A DNA stretch of 34,551 bases, from assembly GCA_964590575.1 (NCBI GenBank), contig CAZPWM010000024.1, forward strand, positions 1-34,551. Reading direction: 5' to 3'. The position numbers and the translations under genes are program-made. This stretch comes from an uncultured archaeon. GTDB lineage: Archaea; Asgardarchaeota; Thorarchaeia; Thorarchaeales; Thorarchaeaceae. Positions 1 through 8,814 of the stretch are shown here, in pieces (position 1 is the first letter of the stretch; every line of letters starts with the position of its first letter). The notes beneath the pieces were generated by a model. It was not told the DNA's origin. It searched no databases and saw nothing but the letters and a program-made list of their open reading frames with translations.

Positions 1-1
1 G

Positions 2-721
2 GGGCTGACATGGATTTACTACTTTACTCTAGTAATCGGGCTTTTGTTCCCGATGTACTATGCTATAGGAAAAGAGAATTCAGCCTGGATGTGTCTAGGT
101 CTATCTCTGATTCTTAATTCAATAATATGGATGGCAATACCTGGTGCAAACCTTATAGCTGCGGTATTGGTACTCTTTACTGGTGTTCTTTACTTCATCC
201 CACCATTCATTGAAAACAGAGTTGGGAATTGGGATCTAATAAAGAATTTATTCCATTTCCTGAAAGGTCTGTTTCTCGTTCTCGCCGTTGCCTTCTATGC
301 CAACTTTAACATGGATGCGATGATAGGAGATATGAGCGCCAACCACATTATGCCTCAGTTCATTTACATGGGTGGTGGTATAATGGTCGCGTTTGCAGTC
401 ACCCTTATGATGTACGGTCTTTTCAACATCTTTAAGATGTACATGGGTGATAAGATTGGGGCATTCTTTGGTGACTTAGCAAAGATTTTCTACATGCTAA
501 TGGTTCTCGTATTCCTGCTTGGCATAGTATTCAATGGGACATCCTACATAGCGGGACTCTTGGGTCCAACAAATCCCTGGGGCGCAACACTTCCTTTCGC
601 CTCTGGATCTATTGATTTCTTTGCAGGATTATATGCACTAGGTAACTCGAACCTTGGAGCAATCCTCTTGATCATCCTATTCATTTATGGGATGAGCAAG
701 ATTGCAAAGAAGTTTGAGTAA
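2..721 (+). CDS. Polytopic membrane protein, 5'-truncated by the window edge
   Basis: Frame is open from base 2 (GLTWIYYFTLVIGLLFPM...), so the TTG at 44 is probably internal. About 7 hydrophobic segments; TAA stop followed by a hairpin and T-tract. No family recognised. Confidence 0.75.
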   Translation, partial: GLTWIYYFTLVIGLLFPMYYAIGKENSAWMCLGLSLILNSIIWMAIPGANLIAAVLVLFTGVLYFIPPFIENRVGNWDLIKNLFHFLKGLFLVLAVAFYANFNMDAMIGDMSANHIMPQFIYMGGGIMVAFAVTLMMYGLFNIFKMYMGDKIGAFFGDLAKIFYMLMVLVFLLGIVFNGTSYIAGLLGPTNPWGATLPFASGSIDFFAGLYALGNSNLGAILLIILFIYGMSKIAKKFE

Positions 722-738
722 TAATTTCCTATAGCATT

Positions 739-778
739 GGAAAGGGAGGAATTCCTCCTTTTCCTATCTCTTTCTTTT
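739..778 (+). terminator. Stem-loop plus T-rich tract
   Basis: GGAAAGGGAGG-AATT-CCTCCTTTTCC (739-764, 11 bp with one G-U pair) followed by TATCTCTTTCTTTT, 18 nt after the stop codon. Confidence 0.65.
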
Positions 779-859
779 CGCACAATCTCTTGGTTGGATG
801 TATTGCTAGGTCTTATAGAAACTCTTCCAGAGCTTTAAACACCAAGCTGGTGAGTTAGA

Positions 860-1123
860 ATGGAATCAATCAGAGACCGACGCACTAAGGAAATTGAGAA
901 AGATATACCAAGAATATCTCCTTCAATTTTCGAATCAATCACAGCAAAGTTCCTTTCTTCAGCTCAGAGCGAACAGATAAAGTGCCTAACTTGCGGGAAT
1001 GTACTTGACTTCAAAATCAGTGTCAAGTGGCATGGTCCTGACACCTTCACATGCAACGGGTGTGGCCGTCTATTGAGTATGCAATTGATTCATCGCGCCC
1101 TCAGAGACCTGGGTTTTGAATAA
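860..1123 (+). CDS. Small zinc-ribbon protein
   Basis: 87 aa with CLTC...CNGC (two CxxC pairs). GGTGAG SD-like motif and TTTAAA TATA-like element upstream. Confidence 0.75.
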   Translation: MESIRDRRTKEIEKDIPRISPSIFESITAKFLSSAQSEQIKCLTCGNVLDFKISVKWHGPDTFTCNGCGRLLSMQLIHRALRDLGFE

Positions 1124-1197
1124 CACCTCGACACTTCTTGCCCCTCGCAATATTCAAAGGTAGTAGTTGTTCACCCTTCATGTAACCCGGTGGTACA

Positions 1198-1554
1198 ATG
1201 AAAACTCTCTTTGACATCATCGACAGATTGACCATGAACTGGGACCGTGCACTACTCGAAACCACATTGAATCAGATAGCAGCTCCATTCTATAAACGAA
1301 AGCTCGTATTCTTTCTTTTAGAAGAGTTTTGGGACATTCTCGAACTAATTGATGATCCCCTTGAGTTTATGACTGAAGAGAGGAAAATCGCGCACGTTGA
1401 ACATCTTCTTGGCAAAGAACGAAATGAAAGGGCTGCAAAAACTGTGATGCTAGAAGTTATAGAGTCTCCCGACTTCAAGGTTACAGTGATGAATGTTGAT
1501 GAACTTATTTCACAGCATCCAGGGTGGTTCGAAAAATACGATGGGATGACCTGA
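1198..1554 (+). CDS. Hypothetical acidic helical protein
   Basis: 118-aa ORF with ATG preceded by GGTGG; plausible composition; no family recognised. Confidence 0.65.
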   Translation: MKTLFDIIDRLTMNWDRALLETTLNQIAAPFYKRKLVFFLLEEFWDILELIDDPLEFMTEERKIAHVEHLLGKERNERAAKTVMLEVIESPDFKVTVMNVDELISQHPGWFEKYDGMT

Positions 1555-1599
1555 GATAATTCAATTCAACAATCATATTTGCCATGTTAATGAATAGAA

Positions 1600-1917
1600 T
1601 TATGGAGAAGAAGGCTGTGTTCTTTCTAACTTGTGTGATATTCTTCTAATGTCATCCACAAGAAGATACAACCCCACAGCGTCTACGGAAAGAAATGCTA
1701 TTGCGATGACTAGATCCGTGTTTGTCATCCTTGTTGCCACCAATGCAACAGAACCGATTAACCCTAGAGTGATTAAACCAATAATACCAGTCAACCATGA
1801 CAACATCGAAACCCTATCTTCTTCCGCAGGATAGGTCCGAAAAATTAAGTAGAATAAATACCCTATTAGTAGAAAGAACTCAATGCTAATAGTGATTGTT
1901 AGAAATGCTCCTTGCAT
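1600..1917 (-). CDS. Small membrane protein (about 3 TM helices)
   Basis: 105 aa with three hydrophobic stretches and a polar C-tail; convergent on the preceding gene without overlap. Confidence 0.65.
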   Translation of the reverse strand: MQGAFLTITISIEFFLLIGYLFYLIFRTYPAEEDRVSMLSWLTGIIGLITLGLIGSVALVATRMTNTDLVIAIAFLSVDAVGLYLLVDDIRRISHKLERTQPSSP

Positions 1918-2029
1918 TATTCCATTCTCAAGAGGGTCTTTCTACCTACGAAGATAGATTTTGCTATATAGTCAATTGGAAGCAAATGATTCTTGTTTCA
2001 TTCTCAACGTTTCATATCTTCTTTCAAAG

Positions 2030-3022
2030 TTAGCTAAGAGTCGGTGGTTCTCTCACATCTGCATTCAGAATCTCCTGGTTGGTGATATCCACAAAGGGAT
2101 TCTTGATCCATATCGCAAATCCTACAATCGCTGGAGTCAGGTTGATTGCCATCAGAATGAGCGAGAACGAAACGATAAGTACCGGGTCAATATACAATCG
2201 AGTAAACATGAATAACAGTACCCCTTCTCTAATGCCGAGACCTTGAATGGTCACAGGTATTGCTGTCATCAATATGGTCAAACCCAAAGTAAATGTTAGG
2301 TAAATCCAATCAATTGCCATTCCTAGTGCGAGAGCTAGAACATACGCTTGCGCGATATAGAATACGAAAAGCAACGAAGCCAGTAGCATACTTATCGCTA
2401 ATCTTCTACCCCCAATTTCTGTAAGCATTGAAGGTAGGGTAAAGAACGACCTCCCCCTAATTCCTTCTTTCATCAAACGATTGAGTCGAGCTTGCATGAA
2501 TCTAGTCCAAAGCGTAGCCCTTAGGATGCGATAAAAAGTGTAACCTCCTAAAATCCAAATTCCTGCTAGAAGAAAAGCTTCGATTGTAATATTCACCTCA
2601 AGGATTAGTGCGATTGTAAGTATCCCGATGGTGAAGGGGACAACTGATCCAATTATTGCATCTAATAGGATACTGATTATAGACCTATCAACTAGATTGC
2701 CTCTGTGCTTCATATACGGGACTCTAATCAGATCACCGAAACTTCCCGGAATAACAAGATTAGCTAATTGAGCCAAGCATATCCCCTCAGTAGCCTCCTT
2801 TGTATTCAACTTCAAATCCAACCCCTCAGCTATGACTTTCCATCTTGCACCTCTTAATACAGTAATTGGTATCACAGACAGAAATAGTATGAGTGTCGGA
2901 AAGGGAGGGATTTCAAAGATGGTAGTCAGCAAGCTTTGAATATCAATTCCCATCAAAATGTAAATGAAAACGATAATTCCGATGAGTCTAGCGGCTTGTT
3001 TTAGGAGCCGGGTATATTTCAA
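2030..3022 (-). CDS. Lysylphosphatidylglycerol synthase TM-region / flippase-like (UPF0104) membrane protein
   Basis: Family-type motifs LRGARW, ANLVIPGSFGDLIR and IPVTIQGLGIREG; about 8 TM segments; TTG start with GAAGG upstream. Confidence 0.85.
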   Translation of the reverse strand: MKYTRLLKQAARLIGIIVFIYILMGIDIQSLLTTIFEIPPFPTLILFLSVIPITVLRGARWKVIAEGLDLKLNTKEATEGICLAQLANLVIPGSFGDLIRVPYMKHRGNLVDRSIISILLDAIIGSVVPFTIGILTIALILEVNITIEAFLLAGIWILGGYTFYRILRATLWTRFMQARLNRLMKEGIRGRSFFTLPSMLTEIGGRRLAISMLLASLLFVFYIAQAYVLALALGMAIDWIYLTFTLGLTILMTAIPVTIQGLGIREGVLLFMFTRLYIDPVLIVSFSLILMAINLTPAIVGFAIWIKNPFVDITNQEILNADVREPPTLS

Positions 3023-3243
3023 GTGCTGTACCTTCCTTCTAAATGTCTCGACAGATGCTTGAAGCGATGCAATTTATGCTTGATACATTTCAAGTAAATT
3101 GTAATATATCAATGAATTCCCATGATATTTAGTTGAGGATGGCGATTGGTTTTATCATCTAATCATTTTACCTTCAATTCGAAAAAAACACAATTGAAGA
3201 CGTCTTAATCTGACTGGTTTCTTTCAAGTTTCATCCAGCGGAT

Positions 3244-3283
3244 AAAAAAAAGAAGTTGAATTCCGGAGCCACTGCTCCGGAAT
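3244..3283 (-). terminator. Stem-loop plus T-tract
   Basis: Perfect 10-bp stem ATTCCGGAGC-CACT-GCTCCGGAAT (3260-3283), followed on the minus strand by TCAACTTCTTTTTTTT; 12 nt past the stop of 3296..3856. Confidence 0.75.
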
Positions 3284-3295
3284 AAAATCAATAGA

Positions 3296-3856
3296 CTATT
3301 CTTGGTAGCCTTTCATGTAGCCCTCTCGTTGATTCCATTTCTCCTCGAGGCGTTGCATGATTGTCCATAGACGATAAGTGTGGTTCCAAGCCTCGTCAAA
3401 CTTACCTTGGTTCATTTGGTCCTGGAATTCCTCCACGACGTCATTGATTGCACCAATATCGTCGATAAGAACTGCGTCAAACTCGTAGACTTGGTCGAGT
3501 TCTTTTTCATTGATCTTCTCCTTTGAACCCCATGCGGCATATCCGTAGTCCGCATACCTGATGGCTGATTCAATCTTGTCAGTTAGTGCGAGCATCCTGT
3601 CGAATGTTTCCCACGTCTTTGTGAGATTGTAATCTACAGCCATCATCTGTAGCTTCTCAAGGTCCTGCTTGACTAGCCGAAGCTGGTCAGCCATGAACTC
3701 TCGAAGAACCTTGTCAGCGGCGCGTCTTTCTTCTTTCTCTTGATACCCGTGCCAGCCGGGGATGTAGTGAGTGATCTTGCCAAAGAAGCCTCCCTTGATA
3801 TCCTTAGCAGCCTTCTTTCTGATTCGCTTGGCAATTGGGTCAGTTATTTTACCCAT
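3296..3856 (-). CDS. Conserved hypothetical helical protein (IPGxxGY-x-EKExRRxADK family)
   Basis: Motifs IPGWHGYQEKEERRAADKVLR, IRYADYGY and LDQVYEFD recall a widespread uncharacterised archaeal/bacterial family. AGGAG SD upstream and its own terminator. Confidence 0.8.
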   Translation of the reverse strand: MGKITDPIAKRIRKKAAKDIKGGFFGKITHYIPGWHGYQEKEERRAADKVLREFMADQLRLVKQDLEKLQMMAVDYNLTKTWETFDRMLALTDKIESAIRYADYGYAAWGSKEKINEKELDQVYEFDAVLIDDIGAINDVVEEFQDQMNQGKFDEAWNHTYRLWTIMQRLEEKWNQREGYMKGYQE

Positions 3857-4033
3857 GCTATTAATTCTCCTGAATGTTTACAACCCCTGAGCATGACTAA
3901 TGGGGTTGACCTGCTTGGGACTATACTTGAGTCCTTAAAAAACATGTTACAACTGTGTCCACCTTTTCTTTTGGCCTTCAACAATCGCCGACAAGGCGTT
4001 GCTTAAATACCATTACTGGTTGCTTCGAGAACT

Positions 4034-6013
4034 ATGACAGAGCAGGGCGTAATCCGTAAACCGGACTGGAAAATTAATCCTGCAAAGATGCGGTCCATTG
4101 CGGATGAAGAATTTGAGAAAGCAAAGAAGAAGCTAGATGAGATTGCTAAAACCCCCTCTGGAGAAGTTAGTCTTCAGACCCTCAAGGATTTCGAAGAAGT
4201 CTTGGGATCAGATGACCTTCTTGGGCCGCTTCTCTTCATCAAACATGTTTCGACAGATAAAGATCAACGCGACATGGCTGATGAAATTGAGAAAGACGCA
4301 CGTAAGTTCATTAATGAAATTTGGGGAAGAAAAGACCTCTATGACGTTATAGTTCAACTTGAGCCCGAGATAGACTCTCTAGACCCTGAGGAAAAGACAC
4401 TCCTAGATAAGACGATCAAAGATTTTAGACACCGAGGAGCTGCACTTGATGATGACAAAAGAAAAGAATTCCTCGAGATAGCCAACAACATCACTGTCCT
4501 CCAATCAGAATTTGAAAGAGTTCTCAATGAGATTACAACGACTATTCCATTCACCGAAGAGGAGCTAGAAGGAGTTCCTCCTCCAGTTTATGAGAAATTA
4601 GAGAAAGATGGTGACAAGTATCTCTGCCCACTTGACTATCCTGTTTATTTTCCTGTCGTTAACTACGCAAAGAATCCTGAAACCCGGAAGAAGATGATGA
4701 TCATCTCCTATCAAAAAGGTGGAAAAGAGAATAGCGAACGCCTTTCAGATATTCTTGCCCTTAGAGAACGACAAGCAAAAATGCTCGGATTTCAAAATTT
4801 TGCAGAATACGTAATCTCTAGGAAGATGGCAAAAACCCCAAAGAGAGTATTCGATTTCATGAATGACCTGAAAGAGAAACTTACTCCTTTGAGTGAAAAG
4901 GAAATTCTGAAGCTTAAGGAACTCAAATCAAAGGAACTGAACATCCCTCTTGAAGACACCAATTTTGAGATTTGGGATATTTTCTATTACCATGAGATGC
5001 TAAGGAAAGAGGAATACGATGTGGATCAAAATGAAATCAAAGAGTATTTCCCAATTGATTCAGTAATTAAAGGAGTACTTGATGTCTATCAGACAGTGCT
5101 CAATCTTGAGTTCAAAGAATCTAAGGAACCTAACGTCTGGCATGAAGATGTGAAAGAGTTCAAAGTCACTGATAAGACCAATGGACAGACACTAGGTGTG
5201 TTCTACCTAGACCTCTATCCACGAGATGGGAAGTTCAAACATTACGCTGTCTTCGGCTTTATGGATCGGCACGTCAAAGATGGAAAAGCATACCTTCCAA
5301 TTTGTTCAATGGTATCCAACTATGACAAACCAACTGATGATACACCATCATTACTCAATCATAACGATGTTGAAACATTCTTCCATGAATTCGGTCATAT
5401 AATGCACATGATTAGTAATCAGGCAAACTATGCACGATTTGGACTAGAGGGGGTACTTCCAGATTTCATTGAAACTCCCTCTATGATGTTTGAGAACTGG
5501 GCCTGGAAGGAAGAGGTTCTGAGTAAACTGTCAGGTCACTACAGAGATCCCAAAAAGAAGCTCCCATCAGACCTACTCAAACGAATGATTGATGCCAAGC
5601 TACTTGACGTTGGTGTACTCCAACTAAGACAGGTTGCATATTCTTTGATTGACCTAGTATATCATACTGAAGGTGCTGAAGATACAAGTGCTGTATTTAG
5701 AAAACATTTCAGTGAAACTACAGGTTTCATGATGCCAGCTGAAGTCAAAATGGATGCTGGTTTTGGGCATTTTGCGAACCCTGGCTATACAGCTGGATAC
5801 TACAGCTACCTTTGGTCCAAAGCTTATGCTGAGGATATCTTCACCAAGTTTGAGAAGAATGGATTCATGGATTCGAAGACGGGGACTGAATACCGTCAGA
5901 AGATTCTTGCTCCCGGTGGAAGTCTAGACCCTGATGAAATGGTCATAAGTTTCCTTGGCCGAGAGATGAACGCAGATGCATTCATGAAGTCTCTTGGATT
6001 GGACAACAAGTGA
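4034..6013 (+). CDS. M3A family metallopeptidase (thimet oligopeptidase/neurolysin-like)
   Basis: FFHEFGH zinc motif, FYLDLYPRDGK, DFIETPSMMFENW (third ligand Glu), YTAGYYSYLWS, YRQKILAPGGS; 659 aa. Confidence 0.95.
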   Translation: MTEQGVIRKPDWKINPAKMRSIADEEFEKAKKKLDEIAKTPSGEVSLQTLKDFEEVLGSDDLLGPLLFIKHVSTDKDQRDMADEIEKDARKFINEIWGRKDLYDVIVQLEPEIDSLDPEEKTLLDKTIKDFRHRGAALDDDKRKEFLEIANNITVLQSEFERVLNEITTTIPFTEEELEGVPPPVYEKLEKDGDKYLCPLDYPVYFPVVNYAKNPETRKKMMIISYQKGGKENSERLSDILALRERQAKMLGFQNFAEYVISRKMAKTPKRVFDFMNDLKEKLTPLSEKEILKLKELKSKELNIPLEDTNFEIWDIFYYHEMLRKEEYDVDQNEIKEYFPIDSVIKGVLDVYQTVLNLEFKESKEPNVWHEDVKEFKVTDKTNGQTLGVFYLDLYPRDGKFKHYAVFGFMDRHVKDGKAYLPICSMVSNYDKPTDDTPSLLNHNDVETFFHEFGHIMHMISNQANYARFGLEGVLPDFIETPSMMFENWAWKEEVLSKLSGHYRDPKKKLPSDLLKRMIDAKLLDVGVLQLRQVAYSLIDLVYHTEGAEDTSAVFRKHFSETTGFMMPAEVKMDAGFGHFANPGYTAGYYSYLWSKAYAEDIFTKFEKNGFMDSKTGTEYRQKILAPGGSLDPDEMVISFLGREMNADAFMKSLGLDNK

Positions 6014-6064
6014 AAGAAAGAACATTGTAGGGCAGATTGCTACTGCCCTACCTGTTTTTGTTTT
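6014..6064. terminator. Probable bidirectional stem-loop terminator between convergent genes
   Basis: GTAGGGCAG-ATTGCTA-CTGCCCTAC (6027-6051, 9-bp perfect stem), flanked by an A-rich run on the left and a T-rich run on the right. Confidence 0.7.
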
Positions 6065-6073
6065 ACGAAATAT

Positions 6074-7273
6074 TTACCAGAGCTGGTACTGTCTCTTGAC
6101 AAAACCTTCCCAGACTCTGGGAAGCTTGGCAATGACTTCCTCTGTGATAGACTCTACTGAGGCCTTCACCTTCTCTACGTCGCACTCTCCATAGAGCTCG
6201 ACGTTGATAGCCTTTGGCTCAATGATAGGTGCACCAATCTGACTCACCAGATAGCAGTATACTTGGGAAAGGTCTGGGTGTTCCTTGTAGACTCTCTCAG
6301 TGATTTCTCTGGCTGCGACATTGTATGTCTTGCCTACATGTGACACAGGGTTCTTGCCAGCAGCAGCTTCGAGTGTCATTGGTCTGTATGGAGTAATAAG
6401 ACCATTTGCACGGTTACCCCTGCCTACCTGACCATCGTCCCCGTGTTCTGCAGATGTTCCAGTTACTGTTAAGTAGAATAGATTATCCTTCGGACTGTCT
6501 GCGGTATTGACACTGACTTCAGTTTCCATATCAGTGATCTTGGCCGCGTGGTCTTTCACAAGATCGGTGATTCCCTGCATGACACTTGCGTACTCATCCT
6601 TGTCCTTTGTTTCGCTGGAGATGATAGCTGCAGCGACTTGCATGTGGATTTTGTCATCTATTCGGGTCCCCATGATCTTGATATCCTCACCTATCTGAGG
6701 CCATTGCTTCTTCACTTTCTCGCTGTTCAAGAGTTGCTCTGATTCGAGAGTGATCAACTCAGTAGGTGAGAAAGGCGCGTAGCCAACACCAAAGCTAGTA
6801 TCGTTAGCTCGTGGGATACCGGTCTCCAGATCGAAGTTACCAACGAGGTCGGTGCTACCTGCTCGTATCTTGTAATCAATGATAACGTCTGAGTGAACAT
6901 CAAGATGTGGGAGATCTTTACTCAACCACTCTTTTGTGTGTTGGACTGCAAATTTTCCAACTGGTACTTGGCGCTCGTAGTCTTTGTCAACAAGATCAAC
7001 AGCTCGCCCGCTCATCAAAATGTAAATTGGTTCAATAACATCGCCGCCTCCAAACCTGGAGTTGGATTGTCCCCCAACGAGAAGGACCTTGTCCACATTG
7101 TGGTGCTGAACTTGACCAAAAATCTCCATGTAGTATTCGCTCAAGCGAACTGACAGTTCCTCTGCCGCTTTATCGCAAAGGGTATCGGGATGACCTTTTC
7201 CTTTTCTTTCGACAATCTCAACGGGGAGTTTGTCAACCGAAGGTCCGGCTCCGCGTGTGACTTTCAAATTCAT
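6074..7273 (-). CDS. mat: S-adenosylmethionine synthetase, archaeal type
   Basis: VEIVERKGKGHPDTLCD, HHNVDK, ANDTSFGVGYAP, GEDIKIMG, TVTGTSAEHGDDGQVGRGNR, GKNPVSHVGK; 399 aa. Confidence 0.97.
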   Translation of the reverse strand: MNLKVTRGAGPSVDKLPVEIVERKGKGHPDTLCDKAAEELSVRLSEYYMEIFGQVQHHNVDKVLLVGGQSNSRFGGGDVIEPIYILMSGRAVDLVDKDYERQVPVGKFAVQHTKEWLSKDLPHLDVHSDVIIDYKIRAGSTDLVGNFDLETGIPRANDTSFGVGYAPFSPTELITLESEQLLNSEKVKKQWPQIGEDIKIMGTRIDDKIHMQVAAAIISSETKDKDEYASVMQGITDLVKDHAAKITDMETEVSVNTADSPKDNLFYLTVTGTSAEHGDDGQVGRGNRANGLITPYRPMTLEAAAGKNPVSHVGKTYNVAAREITERVYKEHPDLSQVYCYLVSQIGAPIIEPKAINVELYGECDVEKVKASVESITEEVIAKLPRVWEGFVKRQYQLW

Positions 7274-7349
7274 AATAAATCAACTCGTCTTTTCCACCCG
7301 GCGCAGTGGTAAGTGTATAAAAGAATTACGTTATATCACGAAAAAATAC

Positions 7350-7374
7350 TTATGGAGAATAATATTTCTCATAA
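7350..7374. promoter_or_regulatory. Imperfect palindrome, candidate operator in the mat / HTH-CBS divergent promoter
   Basis: TTATGGAGAA-TAATAT-TTCTCATAA (arms match with one extra G) in an AT-rich 127-bp divergent intergenic region. Confidence 0.4.
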
Positions 7375-7400
7375 TATATTACTAATAGGAATAATAATTC

Positions 7401-7934
7401 ATGATTCTAACGACTGATGACTTAAGAAAACTGAGGCGTAGGTTTGGTCTGACACAAGCAGAACTTGCTATTGAGATAGGAGTATCGCAATCTTATATTG
7501 CTAGGCTAGAGAGAGGAACCATCGATCCAAAATTGTCCCTAGTGAAGAAGATAGTGGACAAGCTCACGAGAAAGACCGGGAAAACTTGTTCGGAGATAAT
7601 GACTGTTAACCCGAAAACAGTCGCTCCTCGAGATGTAGTTTCGACAGCAGTATCGTTGATGCAAAAAAATAACTATTCTCAACTTCCTGTCTTACGAGGG
7701 ACACAGGTAGTGGGTCTCATCACGGAATGGGACATCATTCAGAACTTACAACATAATCTCAACGAGATATCTGTTGAGGCTGTCATGAGTCCAAGCGGCA
7801 CACTCATGGTTGATGAGAATACTTCAGTGGATGTCATCGTTCCGCTCTTTGAAAACTATCAAGCAGTCCTTGTCCTGACTCAAGGACGTATTCAAGGAAT
7901 CATCACACGGTCGGACATATTCAAGCTGATTTGA
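7401..7934 (+). CDS. XRE-family HTH transcriptional regulator with a CBS-domain pair
   Basis: LRKLRRRFGLTQAELAIEIGVSQSYIARLERGTIDP (HTH_3), then CBS motifs YSQLPV...VVGLITE and GIITRSD. Confidence 0.93.
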   Translation: MILTTDDLRKLRRRFGLTQAELAIEIGVSQSYIARLERGTIDPKLSLVKKIVDKLTRKTGKTCSEIMTVNPKTVAPRDVVSTAVSLMQKNNYSQLPVLRGTQVVGLITEWDIIQNLQHNLNEISVEAVMSPSGTLMVDENTSVDVIVPLFENYQAVLVLTQGRIQGIITRSDIFKLI

Positions 7935-8104
7935 GCAACCAACAGGTATAATGCTCTTCGTCATGTGCTAGGTCGAAGAAGGGTAGATACAAGTGAAATG
8001 TTCTATAATGCAGAATCGCCAATGTTCTATTTCGAACATACCTGAGATTTGTGCCCCCGCAGAATGTCTTATATGGTATAAAAAGAAGAAACTGTTGGAA
8101 TATA

Positions 8105-8761
8105 ATGGCACACTACCTAGATACACTTGACGACCTCCGGGAGGGGCTCGATACCTTCGTGGAGAAGTGGGCTAATATACAAAGGAAGTCTGTGAAAGCC
8201 ATTCAAGCAGTCACTAATACAATCATGCAGATTGAGCACTTGGATGGACCTCTAGGTAAGCTTGAATCTTTTTCTAACATTCGCGAGGATGCAAAAGGAA
8301 TTCTTCTGGTCAATCTTTACGACAAGCTTGTACCAGCACTTGAAACCTCGATTAGAGAGTTTACAAAGCTTATGCACATGTTTGAAAACCTTCGTCACAC
8401 ATCCTCAAAGATACAGACCTTGACAGAAACTATGCGTGGTAACCTCCAGGACTCTCCTGAGCTTGAAGACTTGGTTGGATTCCTCGATTTGATTATGATT
8501 AGTGTGCGCGACATCTTGAACATGTATGAGTCAGAGTTCCTAGTTAAACTAACTATCTTCCGGGATTTTGAGGAAGGCGCAATCGAGATTGGTGTTGTCA
8601 GTAACTACTTGACAATCTGGGGTATTGAGCCAAATATCGAACCGCACGCAAGAGACAAGTTGCTCAAGGACCTTGATGAACATGTAGAACTTCTTAGAGA
8701 TGTCTTCGCTGGCAAGACTGGTATCAGAATTCCTGACACCTATAAGAAGATTCAACTCTGA
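8105..8761 (+). CDS. Helical-bundle protein resembling eukaryotic CINP / C1orf109
   Basis: 218 aa from the ATG at 8105 (the GTG at 8051 lies upstream of the TATA-like tract). C-terminal pattern MY..E..VK..I...YL..W..EP.IE matches CINP as recalled from memory. The CDS is likely real; the family call is tentative. Confidence 0.6.
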   Translation: MAHYLDTLDDLREGLDTFVEKWANIQRKSVKAIQAVTNTIMQIEHLDGPLGKLESFSNIREDAKGILLVNLYDKLVPALETSIREFTKLMHMFENLRHTSSKIQTLTETMRGNLQDSPELEDLVGFLDLIMISVRDILNMYESEFLVKLTIFRDFEEGAIEIGVVSNYLTIWGIEPNIEPHARDKLLKDLDEHVELLRDVFAGKTGIRIPDTYKKIQL

Positions 8762-8814
8762 TTTTAGATGAGTAAACCGAAAGAGATAACTCGTCGGACA
8801 CGAACAGTCTAAGT

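Noticed and set aside
44-46. ORF-track start (TTG) for the first gene
   Set aside because: The frame is open and hydrophobic back to base 2; the real start is probably outside the window.
3740-4006. 88-aa plus-strand ORF, and similar short antisense or alternate-frame ORFs throughout (e.g. 8549..8899, 12222..12680, 20304..20762, 23952..24323, 28943..29302)
   Set aside because: They overlap well-supported genes, lack motifs and look like shadow ORFs.
8051-8104. 18-aa N-terminal extension of the CINP-like ORF
   Set aside because: It spans the TATA-like promoter tract; the ATG at 8105 is more plausible.
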